This document shows positions 1 through 11,178 of a stretch of DNA of 64,000 nucleotides, one piece after another (the stretch's first letter is position 1; each line of letters starts with the position of its first letter). The notes beneath the pieces are model-generated. The model was not told the origin of the DNA. It did no database searches and was given only the letters and a program-made list of their open reading frames with translations. The stretch comes from Podarcis vaucheri (lineage: Eukaryota), in assembly GCA_965113315.1 (NCBI GenBank), contig OZ220363.1; one strand, given 5' to 3'. A program made the translations under genes and the position numbers.

Positions 1-216
1 TTTCCCTCGGGCCCCTAGCCCTTTCCTTCGGGCTTACCTTTTTTTCCCCGCTGCGGATTCCCTCTTCCGGCCTCTTTTCTCCCTCGACCAGGTGTCTCCA
101 CTCCAGGACGGTGTGGCAATCTCCCCCTACAAACTGGCAGGGTGTGCACTGGAAATGCGAACGCCGATCTGAGCTGTTCACCTGAGGTCGAGCCTGGCTC
201 TCCTCGGTGGGGCGAT
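1..216 (-). mobile_element. ERV 5' leader, continuing off the window edge, with putative major splice donor
   Basis: GC-rich sequence directly after the PBS; AG|GTAAGC on the minus strand at about 32-39, as in gammaretroviral leaders. Confidence 0.65.
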
Positions 217-234
217 TTCCCGGCCAACGCACCA
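217..234 (-). promoter_or_regulatory. Retroviral primer-binding site, tRNA-Gly(TCC)
   Basis: Minus strand reads TGGTGCGTTGGCCGGGAA, complementary to the 3' 18 nt of vertebrate tRNA-Gly(TCC) (...TTCCCGGCCAACGCACCA). Confidence 0.85.
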
Positions 235-240
235 AAAATC

Positions 241-822
241 TGAAGCCTTATTGCACCAGGGAATCATTTTGCCCGTGTCCCCAGGACCGAAGAAAGAGTA
301 AAATAGCACCAGGAAAGTTTCTTCTTTGGAGAAAAGAGTTTAATCTGTGCACAGAGACAACCAGCAGAATATAGTTTCTGAAATCTGGCTGCAAAGTAAT
401 ACACATCAGCAAACTTTCTTATACCTGAAAGCATTCACCCACCTCTCAGACCTCCCCCAAAACTTCCCCAATCAGCTGGCAAGTTTTCACTTATTCCCTT
501 TTAGGGCATATCTATATTGCAGGCTAAGCACTGCTGGCTAAGCACTTCCTCCTCTTACCCCTGTGTGCCTTTCTGCTGGCTAAGCACTCCCTCCCCTCTC
601 CTTCGTACACGTGTCTTTTTGCTAGCTAAGCAGCCCCTTGTACGTGTCTTTCTTCTTCTTGCGTTACTAAAGCAGAAGCGCAAGGCAGGAAATGGGCCCT
701 CAGCCTGTCTGGTCAAATTTAGCTTGCATCTGTGGGTCTAGCTAGCTGCTTAACCACAATTGCAGAAGTAAGTTTAATGCAGAAACTCACTATGTGCAGA
801 TAATATGAAGATTAACCCTTCA
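241..822 (-). mobile_element. 5' LTR of an endogenous retrovirus (gamma/ERV1-like), antisense to NAV2
   Basis: On the minus strand it starts TGAAG (822) and ends CTTCA (241), a terminal inverted repeat. It has U3 direct repeats (GCTAAGCA-core, about 522-632), a CCAAT box (468-472), TATAAGAA (416-423) and an ATTAAA polyA signal (339-344), and is followed after 6 nt by a tRNA PBS. Confidence 0.8.
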
Positions 823-1591
823 ATTTAAAGTTTCTTTAATCAATAATAACAGTAGACCACCATCAGTTCACACTGGAGATACAGTGCTATTATTAGTACT
901 TTTGTAAATTATTATTATGTTGAGAGGGGCTTCTCATCTGCCTCTTTTTTCCTTATTAAATTTGTGAATAAAAACTTTGCTTTTATTTGCTTCATCAGTA
1001 TTTGTTTCATCAATATTTCTAAGCTAATCTATATATTCATTGGAGAAAGTACTATTAACCAGCTTCGTTATCTCCAGAAAGGTTTTTTGGTGTTCTTTAC
1101 CACTATAAATAAATTTGCATCTGATATATGAAAGAAAAGTATAACTGTGGAAACAGATATCTGTACTGGCCTCTCTTGTGAACTGTACACATTATTGTCA
1201 TTTGCCAATGAGAACTCTGAAATACTTTAATTGATCTTGAAAAGCCAGTGACCCTTTCTGGACAACTGCCAGATCATCAGTGAAATTGATTTTGGACTGT
1301 GCCAAATTCCCTGTAGCATTGAATCCAAGTGTGTTAGCTGGACAAGGGAGGAGGGGTGAGAGGGGAATGATGATAAATTTTCAGAAACTGAACGGGATTA
1401 ACAGCAGTTTGCTCAGCTGTCAAAACTAAGTAGAGGTTTTTAGGTAGAGATCGTTTTAGTTGTTGGTGAATGCTGCATTAGTGCATGCAGAGGGAAACTA
1501 GCAGCAGCAATTATAGAGCGAAATAGTTTGGCTCAAACACTCCAAAGCAGTAAGTTAAATATGTTTAGCTTCCTTCATGATAAAAGGATGA

Positions 1592-1673
1592 ATGCTTTAC
1601 TATTTCATACACTTTGAAAACGGTTGGCGATTTACTTTGATCTTTCTCGGTGTTTACTTCTTAAAGTGCTGTG
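1592..1673 (+). CDS. NAV2: Candidate alternative first coding exon of NAV2 (MLYYFIHFENGWRFTLIFLGVYFLKCC)
   Basis: ATG at 1592, 27 open codons plus G, then a GTG|GTAAGT donor. Phase 1 matches the acceptor at 11179 (G+AG = Glu). No expression evidence. Confidence 0.5.
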
Positions 1674-2382
1674 GTAAGTTTTTCATCTTATTATAAAAAT
1701 TTCACCATGCTTTCTGTTTTTAATGGGATTCTGCTTCCTAAATGCTTGCTTTTAGTATTAATATTTTTGCATTTTATTTATAAGGGTTTGTAGCCACAGA
1801 AACGCATGTTTAGTATCACAAAGCACTAAAAACCCAAGCTGAAAAATAATGCCAGCTAAACTGAAGCTTGAAAACCTCTCCTGCATTTTCAGTCAAGAAC
1901 ATGGAGTTTGAAACTATGGTGCAGCATCGAGTCCAGTGCTGGGTTTCTGTCTAGTAAAACTGTGCAGCAGCACCAGTGTGCATATCAGAGTTGCAGGCTT
2001 GCTTTTATGTGTCCATGTGCCGAATAACTGTCTAAAGTGCTATATCCCAGTTGGGTGCTAAGCAAGCATTACATTATCATACTTAGAAGTCGATATCACT
2101 GCAGCCCAATCACTGCAGAAGCTCCTGCTCTAAAAAAGTGAACACTATAGCGAATACAGCACAGTGAATAGGTCATAGCAATTTATAGAAAAATGGCATA
2201 GACAACATATTTATAAACTAGTGCGTTCAGTTCCTCTCCTCATTATGAAGCACACATTGGGATTCTTTTTTGTAATCATTACATTCCCAGTTTCTGTCCC
2301 ATTAGCCCAACTGAGCATAAAACACAGGCTGCAGAACAATTGCAGTAAGATAAATTCTGTTTGGGAAACTACAAACCCCTCT

Positions 2383-2722
2383 TATAGAATCATAGAATTG
2401 TAGAGTTGGAAGGCATCCCAAAGGTCATCTAGCCCAACCCCCCCGCTATGCGGGAATCTCGGCTAGATAATACATGACAGATGACCATCCAACCTCCGCT
2501 TAAAAACCTCCGAGGAAGGAGAATCCACCACCTTTGGAGGGTGCCTGCTCCACTGTTGAACAGCTCTTACCATCAGAAAGTTCTTCCTGGTGTTTAGTCG
2601 GAATCTTCTTTCTTGTAACCTGAGGCCACTGGTTTGCGTCCTAGCCTCCAGAGTAGGAGAATACAAGCTTGTTCCATCTTCCATGTCACAGACCTTTAGA
2701 TATTTGAAGATGGCTGCCCTGT
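2383..2722 (-). mobile_element. CR1 LINE 3' fragment
   Basis: ATTCTATG-type tail on the minus strand; ORF 2463-2771 encodes a CR1 RT C-terminus (FKYLK...RFRLNTRKNFL.VRAVQQW...SPS.EVFKRRLD). Confidence 0.85.
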
Positions 2723-2843
2723 GACTAGTCTTTTGGATGCTTACTGAGATAGTTAGTCTCAGTAAGGACACCTAGTGTTTTAGATGGTGTTTAGCTGGGA
2801 GGGTGGACAGTTTTTGAAAAACTGTGATGAAATTGTTCGATGC

Positions 2844-2918
2844 TTTAGCTGAGATTCGTGCATTGCAGGGGGTTGGACTAGATGACCCTTTGGGTCCCTT
2901 CCAACTCTACAATTCTGT
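2844..2918 (+). mobile_element. CR1 LINE 3' UTR fragment
   Basis: GGGGTTGGACTAGATGACC...CCCTTCCAACTCTACAATTCT, the reverse complement of the tail at about 2390-2465. Confidence 0.8.
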
Positions 2919-3556
2919 AAAATATTTATTGGATAGGAGCAGCTGGCTAATGTTCTCCTTCCTCCATTATAGTCACTAGAATTAAGCAGTTGAGACAGGA
3001 ATGTGAATCTTGCCCTTTTTTGTTCAATTGTTTCTATTGATACTTCAGTTTTCTTATAGCCGTTATACTATTATTATTTGATGTGACTCATTAACATTAT
3101 CTTAAGAATACAACTGGCTTGTCTGAGTCAGTCTTGACAGCTTATTTATATTGGAGATGTGCCATGGGGCACAGTAAATCCAAGGCCCAATGCAGTTGGA
3201 GGACAAGATACAAGCAGGCCGTAAATCATGCTGTTTAATCTTATGTCTCTTTTAACAAGCTAAATTTGGCCCTTTTTTGGCATTTTGAAACATACCCAGT
3301 TCTTTTACTTAAACATAAAGAGGCTAAAGTTTCAATAGCAGCTGAAATAGTGAAAGCTTTGCCATACTTGGTATAAACTTGTTGAAATATTAGAGTAAAA
3401 TAAAACTATATTTAAATACACTTCAACGAACTGACAAGAGCCAAGGAATATAGTTGATGCAGGTTTCTTAATTCCCACCCTTTTAAAAAGGCCACAAAAC
3501 AGATTTAAAACTAAACCTTCATAATGGGACCCCACCTATGGGCCTTTTTAAAGGTC

Positions 3557-3830
3557 TAAGAACATAAGGAGAATTCTGCTGGATCAGGAGCCCATCTAGT
3601 CCATTATTCTGTTCTCACAGTGGCCAACCAGATGCCTGTGGAAACCTCACAAGCAGGACCTAAGTGCAACAGCTCTCTCACCATTTGTGATCCCTGATAG
3701 CTAGTATTCAGAAGCTGCTTCTGACATGCTGCTTCAAACAGTCAAGGTAGCATATAGCCATTATGGCTTGTAGGCATTTGCAGCCTCCACAAATTTGTCT
3801 ATTCTTGTTTAAAGCTATCCAAATTAGTGA
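3557..3830 (-). mobile_element. Old CR1-type 3' UTR fragment (second subfamily)
   Basis: AAGAACATAAG...GCTGGATCAG...CCATCTAGTCC...GTTCTCACAGTGGCCAACCAGATG; related copies at about 13600, 29490, 44728 and 60424. Confidence 0.65.
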
Positions 3831-5539
3831 AAAGCATGGTGGAATCCATGTAGGAAGCCTTGAAGAGTTCTTTATGGTGGTATCTTTACAGAGGGGCAGG
3901 AAATGGCCATCACTTTATTGCTCCCTGGAGTATTTCATTTCTAGTAATCCAATCCTGAAGTGACCAACTGGTGTGGAATAGGGATCTGGTCAGTGTTCTC
4001 CAGGAAAGGGCAGCAGAAGGCAACTCAGTCATACTATCACTTCCAGATCAGTAGTGGTCAGGTGACCCAAGGAACTATGAAGCTGCTGACTCTCTATGAC
4101 TCTATGAAGCAGCAATGGCACTCAAAATTTTATGTCCTACAGTGTGAGATACTTTGGTATTGAGCTATGGAAGAAGGTATGATTGCGTCCACGAGAGCAG
4201 AGAGGGATGTGTATAGAAGGAAACAACAGGAAGAAGAAGCTAGCTGAAGAATACTAAAAATAGAGGCTAACGCAGATGAATGTGTATGGAGGGATGTAAT
4301 AAGGATGTGTGTGGTTGAACACAGCAAAGAATGCAGGTGTAAGAACTGACAGAAAAGCAAAGTGTGGGTATTTGCTGGGTTGGTTGTATCTAGGAATAAA
4401 AGCTTTGTTAAACCCCTGCTGTTTTTAATATTTCAATGACATTTGAAGCAAACATTTTGATTACTCTTTTCTCTTTTTGCATTTGGATTATTATAGCATG
4501 CTTTCATTTCCTGGTTATTCTTCGGTGACAAAAATGTTGTCTAACTTGATTCCCATGACTGACAGGTTTCCATGATTGTTTCAAGTCTTTCTAGTGCCTT
4601 ATAGATTGTATGCCAGACCTCTCTCTGTGGAGTTTCATTAAAACATTCAGTCAGGGTCCAAGGAGAATCCGCCTTCCAAGGGCTCTTTGGAAGGCTCTGT
4701 CATCTCAAACCTGTCAGTGTTTGTTATTACAAATGACTTAAATCCTGAAAGACTACATGGAGGGGCAAGTCTTGTTCAGTTTTTAAAAGCACCTCACATC
4801 TTCTATTGTTGCATAATGGGATGGTAGGAGTGCCTCTAGCATTTCAAGTACTTATACAGTGTTTAAACAAAGACAATAAGAAATTGTAGTCACTTAAGGC
4901 CAGACAAGGAAATAAATATGCCTGTATTGTAGCGTTGTGGGGTTCCCTCCTCACCTTTCAAAGGTAGTTCTCACAGCCATTTCTTCTCTGTGTAATCACA
5001 GTTCTATTTTATTTATTGCATTTATATTCCCCCACCCCACCCATCCTCTTGGAAGCTCAGGGCTGCATCCTCCCCTCATTTTATTCTGTCAACAGTATTG
5101 TGAGGAAGGTTCAGCTATCACTGTGAGGCACTGAGTAGCCCAAGGACCCTGCAGAGCAGGGAGTTGACATCTGCTCTCCATGGTTGAAGTCCCATCTTCA
5201 GCACCACACTGTCTCTCAAGGGTATAGACAATATCGTATGACTAAAAACTCTCTGTTACTACTCAATGTCTTAAGCAAGTAAGCTACAGTAAGAGAGCAC
5301 AGGTTCAAGAGAGGTTGGGAAATATTTACTGTACAGTGGCAGTTCACATCTTTTCAATTTGGCAGATATCCCCAGCCATGGTGGTTCTTCTCGGAAGCAC
5401 AATGGGGTGACATATTTACTGAAACATAATATGAGTTTCTGCCTGTGATAATATATAGAGGGCCAGAATTATGTGTAGAAACAAGATGCTTTTTAGCGGT
5501 GGAAACAGCTTGGTGGAACAATGAAACGTTAATGAAATA

Positions 5540-6034
5540 CCGCATTTTTTGTCCCATAGGACGCTCCATCCCATAGGGCGCACCTAGTTTTTTTGGGGGG
5601 GGAAATAAAGGGGGGGAAATTTCCTTTATTTCCCCCCCAAAAAAACCAGGTCGGGGAACAGCAGGATGGCGGTGTTGCGCCTCCCCGCTGTCCCCCGAGT
5701 TTGTGGGGCTGGCAGATGTCTGCCCGGAACTCCCGCAGGACTCCCCACACTGCGGATGTCTGCCCGGCGCGCAGGGTGCTCTGCTTCAGGGTGCCCCGCG
5801 CGCCGGGTGGCAGGCTGCTATCCGCAGCCTAGGGAGCCCTGTGGGAACTCCTGCGGGCTCCCCAGGCTTGCGGATAGCTTCCTGAAGCCTGGAGAGCGAG
5901 AGGGGTCGGTGCGCACCGACCCCTCTCGCTCTCTAAGCTTCAGCGAAAGCCTGTATTCACCCCATAGGACGCACACAGATTTCCCCTTCATTTTTGGAGG
6001 GGAAAATGTGCGTCCTATAGGGAGAAAAATACGG
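5540..6034. mobile_element. Non-autonomous Tc1/mariner-pogo-type DNA transposon (MITE)
   Basis: TA TSDs (5538-39, 6035-36); imperfect 25-bp TIRs CCG(C/T)ATTTTT...ATAGGACGC; GC-rich interior with palindromes. Confidence 0.85.
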
Positions 6035-9000
6035 TAATTTAGCAAACAGTTAAAGTTTGCTTATTTATTAGTCAATTTAAAGTGTTTTTACCCTGCTTTT
6101 TAGCCAAAAGGATTTCCAAAGTGAATAAAATGAACAAATAAAAACAAGGGAGTCTCTTTTTTTTAACAGGCTTGCAGTGGAAAAGAAATCGCAGAGAAGC
6201 AAAAAAAAAAGGGGGGGTGAGGAGGAAGGAGGGAAACAAGCAGGCCCAAGGACCAATTCTTAACATATTAGTTCTTGATTCTCAGCTGGAATGGAAATGG
6301 TTGAGGGACAAAAGGAGCCAAATTAAGCTGGTCTCACAGCAGAGCTGATGGAACAGCCTTGCTTCACATTGTTCCCTGATGGAATGGCGACTATCAAGGG
6401 ATGTATAGTTTGGTGTAGTTCTCCTTTAGATCCAAGAGGGAAATGTGCTTCTTTATAGGTATTTTTGACTGACACATTTTGGGTTTCGTTTTCAGAACTG
6501 AACTATCAAAATAAATTAGGCCATAGATCCTTGAATAAATGTGTCCATCATTTACTGCCTTTTCAAAGTCTGTTTTGTCATTTAAATCTGTGATTCCGAT
6601 TGTCATTTTTGCTGTATTTTTGTTTAATTATTGTGCATTGTTTTTGCTTCTTACTGTAAGCCAACCAACCGCCTTGAGCAATAGGACAAAAGCCAGGGTG
6701 GAAATGTTGGGTGGCTATCTTTCCATCTACCTATCCAAATGTCCTTCAGTAAGTTGGAACCTCATGACTGATCCAGCTGACTGAATGTTCCCTTCTGCAG
6801 TGGCATTCGAAGTATGACTTTGACGTAGTAGCTACAGGGAGATCCTGAGGGAAGGTGGTGTTCATGCATCTCATTATGGTTCATCTAGGATCTCCATATT
6901 AAACTCTGGAGCTAAATCCAGGGGGCCGTGGGTGCTTTGGCACCCACAATACTATACATGTGGGGGCTGCCCCCCCAAAAAAATCAATGGGCAAAGTTGA
7001 AGCCCTTCCCCACTGTCCCCATCTCTTCAATGTGAGAGAGGAGGGGCTGCTGTGTCTGGCTCTGGTCAGTGAGGGAGGAGGAAGAAAAGGAGCCGCAACT
7101 GCTGGTTGGTGTGTGTGACATCACATGTACTACATGCAGGATGTTTGTGTGACATTACACATCTGCATTATGTCGCAGACACCCACAATCTTCAGTGCAA
7201 GATGGCACCTATGTTATTAAATGTTACTGCAGATGTAGCTAATCAGAAGCATGAATCAGTCATGCTTCTATTTCCCCCTGCCTGACCCAGATCTCTGTTG
7301 AAATACACTGCTTTTTTCTCTGAATTAGTAACATGACTACTGTATTTCCATCTCTGGGTATATTTATTTTTGTAGACTAAAATGTAAAGTTGTTGCTGAA
7401 GATTCCCTTTATGTGTTTTAACTAAGACCTGAACTATGTCATATGGTGTCTGGCTTCACACAATCTGCTGTGTGTGAATGAAATTGGCCCAGGTTACTTT
7501 ATGTGCACAACCCAGCAGGCTGTGAGTGGTGTTTGGCGAATAGACCAGATAGTCATATGCATTAAAGAATTGTTAAACTGTTCTAATTTTATTTTCTGCT
7601 GTATTTTCTTTAGTTTCTGCTTTCTTGTGTTGATAAATTCCAGACACCATTTAACTATATTTGCTTTATGAAAAATCTCTTATATTTATGTTTCTTTTTG
7701 GGTACTCACTGTGAGTCTGCCTAGAACTATGTTTGGTAATATTTAGAGGCATTTTTGGTTACTTCTAGCAAAGTTACATAGATAGTGAGAGAGCAGCTTG
7801 TGTTTGACAAATGATGGGAAATTGCATATATTTTCTGTGGCATTTATTATAGTGCAATCTCTCTAGCATTTCACAGAACAATTCAAACCATATGCATCTT
7901 CTCATTGCAAATGGTTAGGCTTGCGTTTGCAGTGAAGACATTACAGGAGCGGATGAAATCCAACCTAGCTGTACTGCAGTGTATATTGGCATTCAAACAT
8001 TCATCTGTGTAACAGAAACACTTGGAATTAAATAAACTCTAGGCACAGCACTTGTCTATGAAAGAGGCAAAGTGAGTGGTTATTCAGCCTAGCTGTATTT
8101 TGAATTTGAAGACATTTCATTTGTTGTCGATAAAAGTCAGCAATGGTTCTGCAAAAAGAATAGAGCTTCACAAAATAAGACAAATGGGATTTTAACTCAT
8201 CATAAAATCAGTTGAGTGTTCAGCAGGACAAAGTCAGAGCTAATTGAAATGAAACTTTCTTTAGGAAGTGAATTTTTTTATGATGTATTGTTGAGATAGG
8301 GCCAAAACAATTTACCACACTGAGCAGCAAATTTTTTAAAGTAAAAACTGACCAAGAGATGGAGGCAGGCATGTGGTAAAGTCCTCAGGCAAGTGCATCT
8401 TCTTCCAGAAACTCCATATTGGGAGCTGATGCTGAGCAAGACAAGTCCATCCATAACAAAGTTGTGGCTTAAAGTTTCCCATATTCCGCTCTCTGACCAC
8501 TAGAAGTTTCTTCAGAGAATAAAACATAATGTATACATAAAAGCAATCCCCATTAGGTTTTATGATGAGGTGATACAATTCTCATCATACAGATACAGAT
8601 ATAACAGGTTTAAGGATGAGGGCATTGTTTATTTTTAATTGAGAAGGCAATGTGTGATGGCTGCAGTTTATAGTTGTGAGGAAAAGGAAGACTAGAGAAG
8701 ATAAAATAATAGTGGGAGATGGGAGAAGAGGATAAGAATTGAGAGTAAGTAGGGAGAGAGAAAATGAGGATCAGGGAATGGTACAGGAGACAACAAGTTA
8801 TGGGTGGGGTGGATGAAGAATAGCTTTGCACAGTTCAGGGCTACTTAATAAATTACAAAAAAGTTTCCAAAAACCTCTCCTTTAAATACCACAGCAGCTT
8901 TTGCAAATAAATTTTACAAATTTACAAGTGAACAGGAACTTTTACTAGCCTGCTGCTCATTCATTGCTAGATGTTGAGAGGACCGAAAAGCATTTAGCCC

Positions 9001-9154
9001 TACCTAGATTTGATTCTTTCTTATCAGAGGCAACTACATGAAAAACATAGTAAGAATGAATCTTTTACTGAAACATATCAATAAATCCTTAGTGGCTTAA
9101 AGGCTTAATTGACACTTCGGCATTAAGACAGATCTGAGGTCTGTGCACATACTA

Positions 9155-9427
9155 CAGTGGTACCTCGCAAGACGAAAAACGCGGAAGACGAAAGAGTTTT
9201 CCGTTTTTTGAGTCGTTCCGCAAGATGAATTTCCCTATGGGCTTGCTTCGCAAGACGAAACATCCTGCGAGTTCTTGCGAGTTTGTTTCCTTTTTCTTAA
9301 AGCCGCTAAGCCGTTAATAGCCGCTAAGCCGTTAATAGCCGCTAATAGCCGTGCTTCGCAAGACGAAAAAACCTCAAGACGAAGAGACTCGCGGAACGGA
9401 TTAATTTCGTCTTGCGAGGCACCACTG
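9155..9427. mobile_element. Tigger/pogo-like MITE
   Basis: TA TSDs; TIRs CAGTGGT(A/G)CCTCGCAAGACGAA matching at 21/22; internal AGCCG(C/T)TAA tandem repeats. Confidence 0.9.
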
Positions 9428-10217
9428 TACATTGGTTTACAGTCAATGGTACCCTTGAGCTCTGCCTTTTTAGGTGCATTTAGCATAACTTGTGAAAGAG
9501 CCCATATGGGTTGACGATTCACCAATTTAATGTGTGTGCTAATTAATCCATGAAAGGCTCTTCTCCCTGCATCTGGGTCTGTTAATAAAATTTCTCCTGC
9601 GCCATGCCTTTCTGTGGCTCCTGGCATAACGCTTTCTGGGGAGGAAACTGCAGCAGAGACCGTCCAGTTTTAACGGGTTGTGGTTAATAATCCAACACGC
9701 TGGAAATCTTCCCACATCCTAGCAATGCCTTCTTCCTATAAAACAAGCGTACACATCTGCTCTTCTAGTTAGGACGTAACAGTGTGAAATGACCATGGGC
9801 TTATTACAAGAGGGTTCTCCTGGAAATTCACATCCCTGCTACGTAAGGAAGATGGGTGTGCTTGGAAATTTGAGGTGGTCTGGTATGGATCATGCGAGGG
9901 AGGTTAACAGAGCTTTATCTTCAGTGAGCAGCCAAAAGTGAAGCAAAACAGCCTCTGTGTGGCTGCAGCAGCAGTTAGTGATTCACAGAACAGCATTCAC
10001 AGTTTCCCCCCACAAACTGCTGCAAACATTCACTCTCAGCCGTTGTTTATTTTTAAGTTCAAATTTTTTCTTTTTTTCTTTTTATAAAAAAACCAGCTTG
10101 AGAAGCGCTATATGCCGTTTATTGCTAGAGGATCTGGGACGGCAGGTAAAAGCCGTTAATCCCCAGCAAGCTCCTGGGCAGACTAACAGTCAGAGATGAC
10201 AAAAGTTAATTGGAAAC

Positions 10218-10321
10218 ATGAGCAGCATAACAGAAGACATATTTGCAGTAATTGGGATGTAATGTCTCCAGAAGAGAGAGTTTGCAAAGAGTAACTTTAA
10301 AAAAGAAGTGGCTCTCAAGAG
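10218..10321 (+). other. NAV2: Candidate alternative first exon of NAV2 with a 1-nt frameshift or UUG start (…GCNVSRRESLQRVTLKKKWLSR)
   Basis: Frame open from TTG 10252 to an AG|GTGGGT donor (10321/10322) in phase 1, in frame with exon 11179. Removing 1 nt at about 10252-10256 links it to ATG 10218. Confidence 0.35.
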
Positions 10322-11178
10322 GTGGGTAAGCAAGTGTGGTTCTTATGCTCTCGTATTCATTGAATGAGACGCTTTCAAACAGACAGAATCAATAAGAGAT
10401 TTGGACTTGCCAAGGAAGCATTTTCAGCTAGCTCTTTTTACTCCAGCTGGTTTCAATTATGAGATAAAGATGTATCGTTTATTGTTGCTGCGTGAGTAAG
10501 GATATGATGAGTTTCGGTTTTGTGGATTTGGGTTTGATTCAGTGTTTTACTGGACTAGAAACTGAGCTTGCAGTTATCAGAAGGATCTTCTGATAGAGTG
10601 TGCATGTGTGTGTTGTGCTGTTTGATCCATGTTACAGTTGGATTTTTGCCAAGTCGCAAACTTCAGCAGAGCTAATTCTGCTCAGTATAAAGCAGACAGT
10701 TTGGGTTATAAAGTTTTAATATTTTTTGATTTTCTAATAGTATGCTGTTAGTGTCTGATCAGGATACTCTGACACACACTGACCATGTGCATTTATTTGA
10801 ATGTAATTGCTGTTAGGTAACATCTAAAATACATTATTCTCTATTATTTGGTAAGCAACTAAAGGTAGACAAGGTGATTCATAGCAATAAGAACAGAAGG
10901 TCCCTGCCAGAAGGCTTAAAAAACACACAACTTAATAATTTTAATTGTTGATGATTTGATCGTGCTATTATTTTATTGCCCCCCCGACCAAAACAAAAAT
11001 AAAACAGATTTTGTTTTGAATGACATAGTGTTGTGTACAGGTCATATAAAACGTTACCTCAGTATTTCGTAGCTGCTGTTAGATGTCAGCATTTTGTGAA
11101 AGCAAGCTGTGTTCACCTGAAGACTTTCCAAAAATCATGGCATCATGATTTTCTTTTCTTTTTGTTTTCTGTCTCCAG

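Noticed and set aside
217-234. tRNA-Gly gene
   Set aside because: Only the 3' 18 nt including CCA are present, next to an LTR; this is a PBS.
11145-11178. ATG start of the 383-aa ORF
   Set aside because: MIFFSFCFLSP is the translated polypyrimidine tract; the exon starts at 11179.
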